Virus record (IMG/VR): IMGVR_UViG_3300027985_000978
Span: 1-64,000 of that record
From: a virus
Strand: one strand, 5' to 3'
DNA: 64,000 bases
Shown here: in pieces, positions 47,057 through 56,523 of the stretch
Layout: each line of letters opens with the position of its first letter
Numbering within the stretch: the stretch's first letter is position 1
The notes under the pieces: model-generated
The model's database searches: none
What the model was told of the DNA's origin: nothing
What the model saw: the letters and a program-made list of their open reading frames with translations, nothing else
Translations under genes and position numbers: made by a program

Positions 47057-50000
47057 TTACCCCCTATCCCGCGCCAAGTCGCTCATGTGGCCTGATACAT
47101 AGTCATGACCTGATACCGTTGGATTCCTGCCGGTCTCCTTCGTGCTGGTCGTGCTGCCGCCCTGCCCTTTGTTCTGTTGCTTCAGCAGGGATTCAATGTT
47201 GCTTAATGATTTACCCATTGCCGGATCAAGTTTTGCCACCAGCGGCGGTTGTTCTTTTTGTGCTTCGGCTTTGTCTTTCGCTTCGTTGCGTTTCTGGATA
47301 TCAACCGGCGTAGCTGGTGGACGTTGCAGCAATAACGGAACGGTACTAGCTGTAACCTGTGTCGCCGGTTTAGCTTGTGGTTCTGGTGCTGCCAGCATTG
47401 GCGGGATACCTTTCACGCCCTTGCTATCTGCGCCCACTTTGAGCGGGGCCGCCGTCTGGTTTGCAGCAAACTGGCGATCATATTTACCCATCTGTAACTC
47501 GGCAAACTGCCGCGCCGTCATGTTGGCATTCCCGCCGTTTTGCAATACCGCCTGTTTCCCCACAACACTAGAAGCCAGCGCATCGGGATTTTTCAGTAAC
47601 TTCGTACCACCAGCCATCCCTTGTTGGTGCATCAGGTACAACTCACGGCCTGTTGCATCCCGACCCATGTTTTTCTGGAAATAGGCCGCGTTTTGGCGGG
47701 TAAAGTCCACCATTGCCTTTGTTGAGGCTTCGGGATCAAACGGGTTAAAGCCACCCATTGCCGACGCGGTAGACGGCATAAACTGGAACAACCCAGTTGC
47801 ACCGGATTTATTGTGCGCTAATGGATTGCCGCCCGATTCCACACCAGCCACCGCATTTAGATAACCGTCTGGTAATGCTGCCTCTTTCCCCATCTGTGAC
47901 AGTGCAAGTGGGATCTGAACGCCATTCGGCATCTTGCCGCTATACTGGCCGCTCCAGTTCGACGGCGTTGAATAGCTGGTATTGTTAATCGTGGTATCCC
48001 CGTTATCACCGCCCACCTTCACGACGCTGATCAGATCCTTGATTGCATCCACAATCGAATCAGAATTGAAGTCACCCACGGATTTAGCCAATGAACCAAG
48101 TGCGCCCTTATCACTGAATGGGGCGTAAATCGTTTTTGCCAGTGTTCCCGCGTCAAAGTTCATTGCATTTTTAGCGCCCTTGATTCCGGCATCTTCAGCG
48201 ACCGATCCAACTGTTTTCGCAAGGAATGAGGTTAAACCGCCCATATCGATCACACTGGCTGTACCAGACGCTAGTTTCTGGCCGATTGTCATGTTCTCGC
48301 CATCTTTCAGGCCCATTGCCTTTCGTGCAGATCCCCCACTCATGCTGTCATACATGGCTTTTGCGATATCACCAGAATCAAACGTGAGCGCGTCTTGCGT
48401 ATTCTTCATCCCAGCCCAGCCAGCCAGATCGCCAGCTAATCCAGATATGCCAGATGTGAGACCGCCCATGTCTAACACGTTCGCAGCTGCCGTTGATGAT
48501 TTCTGCCCCGTGGTGGCTTGCTGGCCGTCCTTCAGGTTGAAGATACCCTTTTGCGCTTCCGTGTCGTTATAGCCGTTGTAAGCATCATATCCGGCCATCC
48601 CCAGCGCCAAGGCTTGCCCGACCAAAGGCAGAGCACGCGCCCCCGCTAACACACCTTTACCGGTCAATTCGGCTGCACCCTTGCCAACGGATAACAAACC
48701 TTTACCGGTCATTTTGGCCGCGTTCTTGCCAACACTGGCGGCGCTGGCAACTGAAGGGATCTCACTGATTGCTTTCGGGATAGCGCCAGTGACACGGGAT
48801 AACAGGCCGGTTTTTCGTACCAGACCTTTGCTGTTGCGGCCCAGCGTTGGTGTTTTCCGGCCCCGTGCCATTGCCTTTCTTTCGGCCTTGGTTTTGGCCA
48901 CCGTGCTTCGTTCAGCCTTGGCGGTTTTGCCGGTTTTCTCTTTGCCGGTTGTCTTGGTTTTGTCCTTGCCAGTTCCGTTATTGTTAATGTCGATCCCTTG
49001 GCTGTTATCCAAGTCATCCAACACTTCTTCAGCGGTATCCAGCAGTCCACCAGCTGCACGACCAACACGACCCCGCTTAGTGGTTGCCTTCCGGCTAACC
49101 TTGCGTGTGCTGCCGCGTCTGCCGCCTACTGTGCCACGTTGACCACGACGGCCCCGCGTCATATCCCATAGCTGTTTACCACCACCCAGCAGCGAATCAA
49201 CCAGCCCTTTTTGCTTCGGCTTCAGTTCATCCAGAATTTCTTCTAAAACTTGCTGGGTTTGCTCATGATTGGCTTCGATAACATTGATCTGTTTCTCTGC
49301 CCGTGCATCATCAGCTTTTGTTTTCACGCCCTGCTCAAAGGCAGTTTTAGAACCGCTAACCGGTGCAGCTGGCGTTTTTGCTGGCGCAGCTGGTGGCGTT
49401 GCGGTTGTCTCCTGTTTCCGGCCTGTCACCCGATTGAATAGCGCTTTACCGGCACGAACCGGCGCAGTTACCACCCGTTTTACGCCACGCGCTTTATTGC
49501 TGGCGTATTCCTTCACCCCTTTGACGGATGTTAGTTTTCTTAGGCGTAGTGACTCCTTGAAGTTCGACGCCATTTCTGCGACTTCTTTTGCTGCCAGCCA
49601 GTAACTGCCACCAGCCGCCACGCCTGCCGCGTTGGTGGCGTCTGTTTCTGCCGCCTTACCGGTTAGCCGCCCGATAGCCTTTGCCAAGAAACCCATCTGT
49701 GCGCCGTTGGCGTTGGCTCGTTTTGCGGCGGTCTTTTCGTCTACGTCCTGATTCTGTTCATTGTGGTAGCGGCGTAACTCTACCTTGCTGGCAAACTTGC
49801 CATCTGGACGGCGCAGCCTGCCGTTCGCATCCACGTAGTAGCCGTTATTCTTGCTGTCCTGTGCTGGTGGCGTTTCCGGTTTAGCTGGCGCAGCTGCACG
49901 CGCTGGCACAACTTCAGCTGCCGGAGCATCAATCTCAATCGTGCGGTTCCGGCGTGCCGTTTTCGGATCGTAGGGTTTGTTTTTGCCTGTAACCGGTACA

Positions 50001-50485
50001 GAACCAGTGGGTTTTGGTGTGGTATTTTTTGGTTCTTTTTTGGCTTGTTTTGGCGTTTCCTCTGCAATAATTTGGCGGCTTGCTTTTACCTGTTGCAGTC
50101 CTGAAATACCTTTTCTTGCCGTTTCAATGCCACTTTCAGCGGTATTAATCACTGATTGGTTAATACTGGTATCAGGTGTGCCAGTATTGGTATTTCTGCT
50201 TTGTTGCTTTTGTGATTGCTTCTGCTCTTTTTGGCCTGAATTAATGCCAGAAGAGACACTGTTTTGCACAGTGCCTTTTTGCATGGTTCGGGCGTTCTGG
50301 ATGTTCGATTGACGCATCAGGGCGCGTAACTGTTTCTCGCCTTGCTTCTCAAGCGTGCTGGTCAAGTCAGCCAGATCGAGATAAACGTTAGTCTTCAATT
50401 CCTGCACAGTCATTGTGCCAACGTCTAAAGCGTCAACCGTCTGGATATCTGGATTGTCTATGTTGTCGTTTACGTTCTCAGCCAT
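47057..50485 (-). CDS. sit: tape measure / injection transglycosylase Sit
   Basis: 1142 aa; SLT motif AVAGVESGGNP..SGATGLFQFMPSTA..LYLMHQQG. Confidence 0.88.
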   Translation of the reverse strand: MAENVNDNIDNPDIQTVDALDVGTMTVQELKTNVYLDLADLTSTLEKQGEKQLRALMRQSNIQNARTMQKGTVQNSVSSGINSGQKEQKQSQKQQSRNTNTGTPDTSINQSVINTAESGIETARKGISGLQQVKASRQIIAEETPKQAKKEPKNTTPKPTGSVPVTGKNKPYDPKTARRNRTIEIDAPAAEVVPARAAAPAKPETPPAQDSKNNGYYVDANGRLRRPDGKFASKVELRRYHNEQNQDVDEKTAAKRANANGAQMGFLAKAIGRLTGKAAETDATNAAGVAAGGSYWLAAKEVAEMASNFKESLRLRKLTSVKGVKEYASNKARGVKRVVTAPVRAGKALFNRVTGRKQETTATPPAAPAKTPAAPVSGSKTAFEQGVKTKADDARAEKQINVIEANHEQTQQVLEEILDELKPKQKGLVDSLLGGGKQLWDMTRGRRGQRGTVGGRRGSTRKVSRKATTKRGRVGRAAGGLLDTAEEVLDDLDNSQGIDINNNGTGKDKTKTTGKEKTGKTAKAERSTVAKTKAERKAMARGRKTPTLGRNSKGLVRKTGLLSRVTGAIPKAISEIPSVASAASVGKNAAKMTGKGLLSVGKGAAELTGKGVLAGARALPLVGQALALGMAGYDAYNGYNDTEAQKGIFNLKDGQQATTGQKSSTAAANVLDMGGLTSGISGLAGDLAGWAGMKNTQDALTFDSGDIAKAMYDSMSGGSARKAMGLKDGENMTIGQKLASGTASVIDMGGLTSFLAKTVGSVAEDAGIKGAKNAMNFDAGTLAKTIYAPFSDKGALGSLAKSVGDFNSDSIVDAIKDLISVVKVGGDNGDTTINNTSYSTPSNWSGQYSGKMPNGVQIPLALSQMGKEAALPDGYLNAVAGVESGGNPLAHNKSGATGLFQFMPSTASAMGGFNPFDPEASTKAMVDFTRQNAAYFQKNMGRDATGRELYLMHQQGMAGGTKLLKNPDALASSVVGKQAVLQNGGNANMTARQFAELQMGKYDRQFAANQTAAPLKVGADSKGVKGIPPMLAAPEPQAKPATQVTASTVPLLLQRPPATPVDIQKRNEAKDKAEAQKEQPPLVAKLDPAMGKSLSNIESLLKQQNKGQGGSTTSTKETGRNPTVSGHDYVSGHMSDLARDRG

Positions 50486-50496
50486 GATTCACCGCG

Positions 50497-50658
50497 CTAT
50501 TTGTATTTTTCCACAAGCCCTTCATTCATCATTTCCACCAGCGGGACGGAACTCTTTAGAATGCTGTCGATTGGCTGTTGCCCGTATATCGTCAGGTTCT
50601 TCAGGATCACGTACCAATCACGGAGCCTATAGCGTTGGTATGAAGTCGATAGGCCGAA
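50497..50658 (-). CDS. probable frameshift extension of pmgB (tail chaperone GT-like)
   Basis: +1 frame overlaps the pmgB end and fills the gap to sit; no convincing independent start. Confidence 0.5.
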   Translation of the reverse strand, partial: FGLSTSYQRYRLRDWYVILKNLTIYGQQPIDSILKSSVPLVEMMNEGLVEKYK

Positions 50659-51445
50659 ATCGGAGCAGTAGAACGGTTGCCGGTACTGGCTCACCCTCTA
50701 CTGCCTCCTTAGCTTTCGTATCGCAATACAACGGCGGGGAAACTACATCTACCTGTCCATCATGCAACTCAACCGGTAAGCCGTGGCGCAACTCTTCAGC
50801 AGCCACTAAACAGCGTGCCACCAGCGGTTGAAACTCACTCACGCGATCCATATTGCGCACCATGTCTAACTTGGCTTCGGTGGCTTCTTCCCATGACAAG
50901 CCTTCGTGCTGTTGCAGGCTGAACGAATGCACAACTTCCAGCACTTTGATTTCAGCTTTCAGGCGTCTGGTTTGCGCTTCGTCAGCGCCGGTTAGTTCAA
51001 ACCGCTTCTCTTCCAGATGGGTGACGGCGCGACCGTCTAACGGATGGAAACGGGCCGGTAATTCTTTGTCCTGATAGAAAACAACGTCTTCAATGAACGG
51101 ATCACCGCTCAAGGTCAGTACGCCATCATCCAGTTCAAGCAGATCGATATCGACATGATGTGTTTCACCGCAATGAGAACACTCATAGCTGTACGCAAGG
51201 CGCGTATCGTCATGAATACCTATATAAATCCACCAAAGCGCTGTACGGCGATCCTGTGCCGTCCAAATGAGCGGATCGGGACTGCCTTCACTGGTCATTA
51301 GCTGGCGCAGATAATCCGTAGTCGCGGATTCTTCGAGTTCGGGCCGGATACCGGTAAAATCAATCGTGTCAGCCACGGTCGGCGCTCGAAACTGGATCTT
51401 AACTTTTGGCTGGCTAGGCAATGGAAACGGGGGGATAGAAAGCAT
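50627..51445 (-). CDS. pmgB: PmgB tail/baseplate assembly protein
   Basis: FPLPSQP..IQFRAP, WTAQDRRTALWWI, CSHCG. Confidence 0.85.
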   Translation of the reverse strand: MLSIPPFPLPSQPKVKIQFRAPTVADTIDFTGIRPELEESATTDYLRQLMTSEGSPDPLIWTAQDRRTALWWIYIGIHDDTRLAYSYECSHCGETHHVDIDLLELDDGVLTLSGDPFIEDVVFYQDKELPARFHPLDGRAVTHLEEKRFELTGADEAQTRRLKAEIKVLEVVHSFSLQQHEGLSWEEATEAKLDMVRNMDRVSEFQPLVARCLVAAEELRHGLPVELHDGQVDVVSPPLYCDTKAKEAVEGEPVPATVLLLRFRPIDFIPTL

Positions 51446-51455
51446 TTAAAGCCCC

Positions 51456-52049
51456 TTATGATCGGTGACATTCAAAAGTAACTGGATACGACACGAACTG
51501 ATTCAGTTCAGCGCGGGAACGGGAAACCTCGTAGCCGCCAATCGAGACACGCCACTCTGATTCAAGTACCTCTTTGTCACTGGATAAAATGCGATACATG
51601 CGCATCTTGGTTAGATACTTGCTCGATAGGTTTACCGTGCCGTCTGCATTCGTGACCTTATCCGCCATGCTGTCGAAATACTTCATGAGGCGGCCATCTT
51701 CGTGATCGCGCACTGTCAGGGAGATTTCTGTAATGGTTCGGTTGATCGGGGAGTTAATGGAAATACTGCCGATCTGCTTGGTTTCATACTCAACGGTTAA
51801 TTGGCCGTAAGTCACATCCCGCACATACATATCAAAATCAGTCGGCGCACCGTCGATCTCGATTCGGAATTGCCAGCCTTGCTGAAAGGGTGTCTCGATC
51901 AGCTGTTTGACAATCCGGCGTTGTGATTGCAGATATTTACCGGCTGTACTGCCGCCGTACTTGTTGGGTTGCAGCATACCCAGCAGGGACGACGACGAAC
52001 TAGAAGACGACGAACTAAACAGGGAAAGGATCGAGCTAACAATGGACAT
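51456..52049 (-). CDS. tub: Tub, tail-tube-like protein
   Basis: QGWQFRIEIDG..DVTY..EYET..VRD..N.DGT. Confidence 0.82.
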   Translation of the reverse strand: MSIVSSILSLFSSSSSSSSSSLLGMLQPNKYGGSTAGKYLQSQRRIVKQLIETPFQQGWQFRIEIDGAPTDFDMYVRDVTYGQLTVEYETKQIGSISINSPINRTITEISLTVRDHEDGRLMKYFDSMADKVTNADGTVNLSSKYLTKMRMYRILSSDKEVLESEWRVSIGGYEVSRSRAELNQFVSYPVTFECHRS

Positions 52050-52058
52050 GAGCCCCCC

Positions 52059-52634
52059 TTAGAGCGGCTGGATCGTAATGATTGGCAGGATTGCCCGTTG
52101 TGCCTTCATTGCTTCACGCAAGGCGGTTAATTGCGCCTCTCGGTCTTGTGGTGACGGAATGCGGGAGATATCCATGCGTCCAGCTTCTTGCACCCGTGCT
52201 GTGCGCTCGTCGTTCGGAATAGCGATCAGCACTTCTAAGTAGTCCTGAATCATACCAATGCTGGTGGCGGGTAACTGGTAAGTGTCCTGATCGATAGCGC
52301 GTAGATTGACCAGATACATAAACCGCACCGGAAACACGGTGGATTCGTCCAGTTCAAGCGTCAAAGCGCCTTGCTCGTCGGTCAGCACGTCCACCGGCAC
52401 ATAGTCACCGTTCGCACCGGTAGCAACGATAGGCGCTAAGTAATCATCAGGCAGAGAGTAGGTTGCGGGTAAAACTGAATCGGCTGGCTCTGATAAACGC
52501 ACAACCTTTGTCACACCCGCTAAATCTTGGTATTGGCCTAGTGCATCAGTCAGTAATTGATGTTGCTGGGTTTCATCCACCAGCAACACCGAAAAGCGAC
52601 GAACTACACCAGCTAAAAGCTCGGTAGCAGTCAT
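52059..52634 (-). CDS. pmgC: PmgC head-tail connector-like protein
   Basis: ALGQYQDLAG, YLVNLR, DYLEVLIAIPN. Confidence 0.8.
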   Translation of the reverse strand: MTATELLAGVVRRFSVLLVDETQQHQLLTDALGQYQDLAGVTKVVRLSEPADSVLPATYSLPDDYLAPIVATGANGDYVPVDVLTDEQGALTLELDESTVFPVRFMYLVNLRAIDQDTYQLPATSIGMIQDYLEVLIAIPNDERTARVQEAGRMDISRIPSPQDREAQLTALREAMKAQRAILPIITIQPL

Positions 52635-52640
52635 CGTTTA

Positions 52641-53141
52641 TTATTCCCACTCGTACCAGTTGTAAGTGATAGTCATGTTAGGTTTAACCAGCGCTTGCAC
52701 GTCTTCAGTTGCCAGATCGATTGCATCACAACGGATCTTGCAGTGCTCAAGGCGGCAAGTAGTCCCTGTCGGGCTTTTACCGGCTAATGATTCAGGCGTA
52801 GGGCGGATAGTGATATCAACGTATTTCTTACCGCGTACCAAGTCAGTAACGAAAGGAACCACGATACCCTTAATGGTTTCTACACAGCTAACGGTCACTT
52901 CGCCTTTGTTTTCAAGCGGCCCAGCTTGCGTGAAGCTCACACCCATTGGGCCGAAATCTTCAACGTCAGCGCGGCCCTGAGCCGGTAACTGAGTAGTGCG
53001 CACTAATACGGTCATGTTTGGATTGTTGTTAAAAACCATCTCAAACTCTGCACCGCTCATTTTCTCGCCAGCGTCTAAGTTTTTGCGAAACTGTTGTTTC
53101 ACAAAGCTCATGTTGCCTTTTGCGTTGCTATGTCCAGACAT
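52641..53141 (-). CDS. bplB: BplB tail tube protein
   Basis: GHSNAKGN, VLVRTTQLP, VEDFGP, CVETI, YNW. Confidence 0.85.
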   Translation of the reverse strand: MSGHSNAKGNMSFVKQQFRKNLDAGEKMSGAEFEMVFNNNPNMTVLVRTTQLPAQGRADVEDFGPMGVSFTQAGPLENKGEVTVSCVETIKGIVVPFVTDLVRGKKYVDITIRPTPESLAGKSPTGTTCRLEHCKIRCDAIDLATEDVQALVKPNMTITYNWYEWE

Positions 53142-53156
53142 AGAAAAAAGCTCCTG

Positions 53157-53753
53157 TTATGTATACAGATTCGGGATTTCTGAACGATTGATCATTTGGA
53201 ACGGCGTTAGGGATAAGTTGACCGTGTTTCGGGTCATGTATCCGTCTTTCGTGCGGGGAGCATCTAACTCTGATTGCACCTCAAGGATCAGAACGTTGGT
53301 CATCACAAAGCGGCGGCCAACGTTGACCGTGACAGACAACGGCGTTAAGCCTGAAGCCTTGGTTAAATCAATGCCTGATACGTTCCCCAGCTGGGGGGAG
53401 GCCATCTGTTCCAGCGCCATGATTGCCAGATCTACTTCCATCTGTGCGTTGTTGACGGCCTGAAAATACAGGGGCAGGGATAGTGTGGGCGGCGTTGTGC
53501 CTTCCCACACCATACGGGAGTTAAACTGTGTAACCAGTGTTTGGCCCGTGCCTGCCTGTAACAGATCGGATACCTTATCCAGACCTGCCGCTTTACCGGC
53601 TGTATCGCTCTCAAACGGTGAAGTCCAGTTGGAGGTCAGCGACTTGCTGGCCCCATCCCCGATATAACCAGTAACCATCACGCCACCCTGAGAAATGCGG
53701 CATTTTAGGTACTGACTGATCCCGTCGTTGTTTGACACTCCATATTGCGGCAT
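53157..53753 (-). CDS. pmgG: PmgG tail-tube-associated protein
   Basis: DGISQYLK, VTGYI, MVWEGTTPPT, LDAPR..G...NTVNL. Confidence 0.82.
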   Translation of the reverse strand: MPQYGVSNNDGISQYLKCRISQGGVMVTGYIGDGASKSLTSNWTSPFESDTAGKAAGLDKVSDLLQAGTGQTLVTQFNSRMVWEGTTPPTLSLPLYFQAVNNAQMEVDLAIMALEQMASPQLGNVSGIDLTKASGLTPLSVTVNVGRRFVMTNVLILEVQSELDAPRTKDGYMTRNTVNLSLTPFQMINRSEIPNLYT

Positions 53754-53765
53754 GTCTAAAACCCC

Positions 53766-54464
53766 TTACAGGCCGCGTTTAGCGCGGATCTTCATGGATT
53801 TTTTGCGTGCCAGTTTCGCCGCGCCGGTATTCGCTTTCATGCGTGCTTTTTTCAAAGCTGCTCGCTGTGCTGAAGACAGACGTTTTTTGCGCAGTGGGCG
53901 GCGGATCTGTTTCAGTACGCCATTGCGAACCACTTTCACCAGCGATTCCAGCATGACTGATTCACGGACAGAGAATTCACCGATCAGGGTGTCTTCGTCT
54001 GCACCGTCAGCGTCCAGCGCGTCACCAGCAGCGATAAACGCTTGCGCGGCTGCCGTGTCATCACCGGACATTGCATCGTTCGCAACTTTGGCCGGAACGC
54101 CTAAATACGCCAGCGCTTCGCCCATCAGAGACAAGTAGTTTTCGTACTCGCCCTGTTCATCGTCTGGTGATACTTCGCCGTCTTCGTCAACGTCAGCCAT
54201 GCCTTGCGCTAATGCGTCCAGCGCGTCGGCTGAATCATCACCTTCAGCAACCCATTCCATGATCAGTGCCATAGAGTCAGCACGGATAGATTGCAGCGCC
54301 GCAGTCGTCATTGCGTCATCCATTGCCGCACCCGCTTCAGCAGATTCAAAGAATTGCTTCTCTGTCACTTCCGCAGCTGGCGCAGCTTTTGGATCTAAGC
54401 CTTCAAACATACGGCTGAAAATTTGCGCAGCTGGTGTGCCGCGCTTCATATCTTCAAATTTCAT
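53766..54464 (-). CDS. P1 gp21-like protein: acidic body with a very basic C-terminus (probable prohead core protein)
   Basis: KVVRNG..RKKRLSSAQRAALKKARMKANTGAAKLARKKSMK. Confidence 0.8.
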   Translation of the reverse strand: MKFEDMKRGTPAAQIFSRMFEGLDPKAAPAAEVTEKQFFESAEAGAAMDDAMTTAALQSIRADSMALIMEWVAEGDDSADALDALAQGMADVDEDGEVSPDDEQGEYENYLSLMGEALAYLGVPAKVANDAMSGDDTAAAQAFIAAGDALDADGADEDTLIGEFSVRESVMLESLVKVVRNGVLKQIRRPLRKKRLSSAQRAALKKARMKANTGAAKLARKKSMKIRAKRGL

Positions 54465-54474
54465 GAGTTAGCCC

Positions 54475-56088
54475 TTAACGGATTAAAGAAGGTGAGCCCA
54501 AAATGCGACGTGCAGTGCCGGTTACACAGCAGCCCCATTGAACGTTCCATGAGTCAATCGCGGTTTGTTCAACGATCAGGGTGTAAGGACTATCGCCGTC
54601 ATCATCTGGATAACGTGGCGTAACCAGCGCTTCCGCAGTCACAAAGTTTTCCAGCACTTCAGTCATGCCACGGGTTAAGCCGCGCTCGGTGATACCGTCA
54701 GGACTGTGCTTCAGCTGGCGTGCAAGGTCATAGAACTGGCGTGAAATCGCGTTCATCACAGAGGAAACATGCTGAAAGCGCAGATAGTCTTCAGTTGAGC
54801 GGCAAGTAATCGCGTCATCAATCATCAGTAAGCCGGTTGAAGACAGACCAAGTTTGTTGATACGGGCCTTATACATGGCCTTCTCGTCAGCAGTGCCGAT
54901 ACCAGACAGGACTTTGATTTCACGACGGTTAATGATGCCGCGATCTTCACCCGCTGGTGAGTAATGCCAGCCACCGACAGAACCGGTAGAAATCGCCACG
55001 CCTTCCGCTTTCGCCTGAAACGCAATACCGGAGATACCCCACACAGCGCGACCACCTGAATGTGGATCTTTGGCTGAATACGGGAAGTGGTAGAAACACA
55101 TGTCATGATTGTTCAGATTCATATCTGACATGAATGTGAGCGCACCCGCGTAGCTGGTGGCTGGTGGAATGTCGAAGAATGAATCAATACGGCGGCCTGA
55201 AGCTAAATCGCCCAGCGCTTCGATCACGGTTGTATCGTAGCAACCTAAGCCCAGCACGGCGGTAAAGCCCACCAGCGCATTGTTTAACACTTCAATCGCT
55301 TTATCATATTGCGTTGCAGAGATAGTTTTCTGATCGCCTAAATCACCACCAGCAAAAGCAGTTTTCGTAATACCAGTTGCAAACGCGCTTAAATCCGCGC
55401 CGTCAGCGATTGCGATAGATAAGCATTCGCTCTGTGACTGCAAACGGTTTTCGATGTAGGACGTAACACCCATATCGTCCACGGCATCCAGATTGAAAGA
55501 TACTTCCAATTCTTCAACCGTGTATTCCACACCAAACTTATCTAGTGCCGATAAAGTCAGCGTGAATGACCCATCTTTGCCATCAATCGGCGTCATTTCG
55601 ATGAAGCGGCCTGATACGTCACCATCTTTTGGATAGAGAACGAATAAATCACCTTCAGAGCTGACACTTGGAATCACACCAAAAGCAGCTGTACTTCCTA
55701 CTGGTGTAACTGGAACTGGATCACCCTCAAGTGGATTATTTGCCGCGTTCAATTCAACGTCAGTTACGCGCAGATATGGGAAAATAGCTTCTTCAGCCAC
55801 CACACGCACAACGTAGCCTGAACCACCTTCCACCGCGTCAGCAACGTGACGTAATGGCTCTGCAATAACGCTGCCTAATGATGGGTGATACGGTAAACCC
55901 AGCTTGCTTTTCCAAGTCGATTTGTCGATCTGGATGATTTCAAACGGCTGGCCCTTTTCACTGATCACGACACCAGCGAAAATTGACTCACTACCCGTGC
56001 CGCCCGTGGAAATGGTAGTGCTGGCGTTGATTGCCTGCACTGCCACTTGTGCCACGTTCGACAGGGTTAATGGAATCGCGTTATTCAT
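54475..56088 (-). CDS. tail sheath protein (P1 gp22-like)
   Basis: 537 aa; GYVVRVV, WHYSPAGEDRG, YLRFQHV..MNAISR, TGTARRI. Confidence 0.9.
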   Translation of the reverse strand: MNNAIPLTLSNVAQVAVQAINASTTISTGGTGSESIFAGVVISEKGQPFEIIQIDKSTWKSKLGLPYHPSLGSVIAEPLRHVADAVEGGSGYVVRVVAEEAIFPYLRVTDVELNAANNPLEGDPVPVTPVGSTAAFGVIPSVSSEGDLFVLYPKDGDVSGRFIEMTPIDGKDGSFTLTLSALDKFGVEYTVEELEVSFNLDAVDDMGVTSYIENRLQSQSECLSIAIADGADLSAFATGITKTAFAGGDLGDQKTISATQYDKAIEVLNNALVGFTAVLGLGCYDTTVIEALGDLASGRRIDSFFDIPPATSYAGALTFMSDMNLNNHDMCFYHFPYSAKDPHSGGRAVWGISGIAFQAKAEGVAISTGSVGGWHYSPAGEDRGIINRREIKVLSGIGTADEKAMYKARINKLGLSSTGLLMIDDAITCRSTEDYLRFQHVSSVMNAISRQFYDLARQLKHSPDGITERGLTRGMTEVLENFVTAEALVTPRYPDDDGDSPYTLIVEQTAIDSWNVQWGCCVTGTARRILGSPSLIR

Positions 56089-56091
56089 TCA

Positions 56092-56469
56092 TTACTCCTT
56101 GGTTTCAGTAACGGTTTGAGATTTGCGGCTGGTGGATTTCTTGTGTGCCGGTTTCGCGGGTTTCGCTGGTTCTTCCGCTGCCGTTTCCGGTTTAACTTCC
56201 GGCTCCGCTACTGGCGCTAATTCCTGAACCGGCGCAACTTCGACGGCTGGCGCTTCTTGCGCAACCGCATCACCAATCACTTTGATTTGCACTGAAGGGA
56301 TTGACGCTTTGATGTGACGGGTTAGCCAATCCGCGTGCTCTTGGCTGGCAACGTCAAACACCTGAAGCCCCCGCGTTGCGAACAGTGAGCGCACGGTGAT
56401 ACCGGCAAACTTGCCCGTACCATGCACGACAGCACGGCTACCAGTAGGGTTATAAACAGATAATTTCAT
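56092..56469 (-). CDS. hypothetical virion-associated protein with Pro/Ala-rich tail
   Basis: Between capsid and sheath genes; GAGG SD. Confidence 0.7.
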   Translation of the reverse strand: MKLSVYNPTGSRAVVHGTGKFAGITVRSLFATRGLQVFDVASQEHADWLTRHIKASIPSVQIKVIGDAVAQEAPAVEVAPVQELAPVAEPEVKPETAAEEPAKPAKPAHKKSTSRKSQTVTETKE

Positions 56470-56523
56470 TGATATTTACCCTCGTTACAGGCGCGGCCAA
56501 TCAGCCGCACCTATGCGCCACGA

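Noticed and set aside
51985-52030. Poly-serine / GAC repeat in tub
   Set aside because: Mixed codons encoding a low-complexity linker, not a slippage tract.
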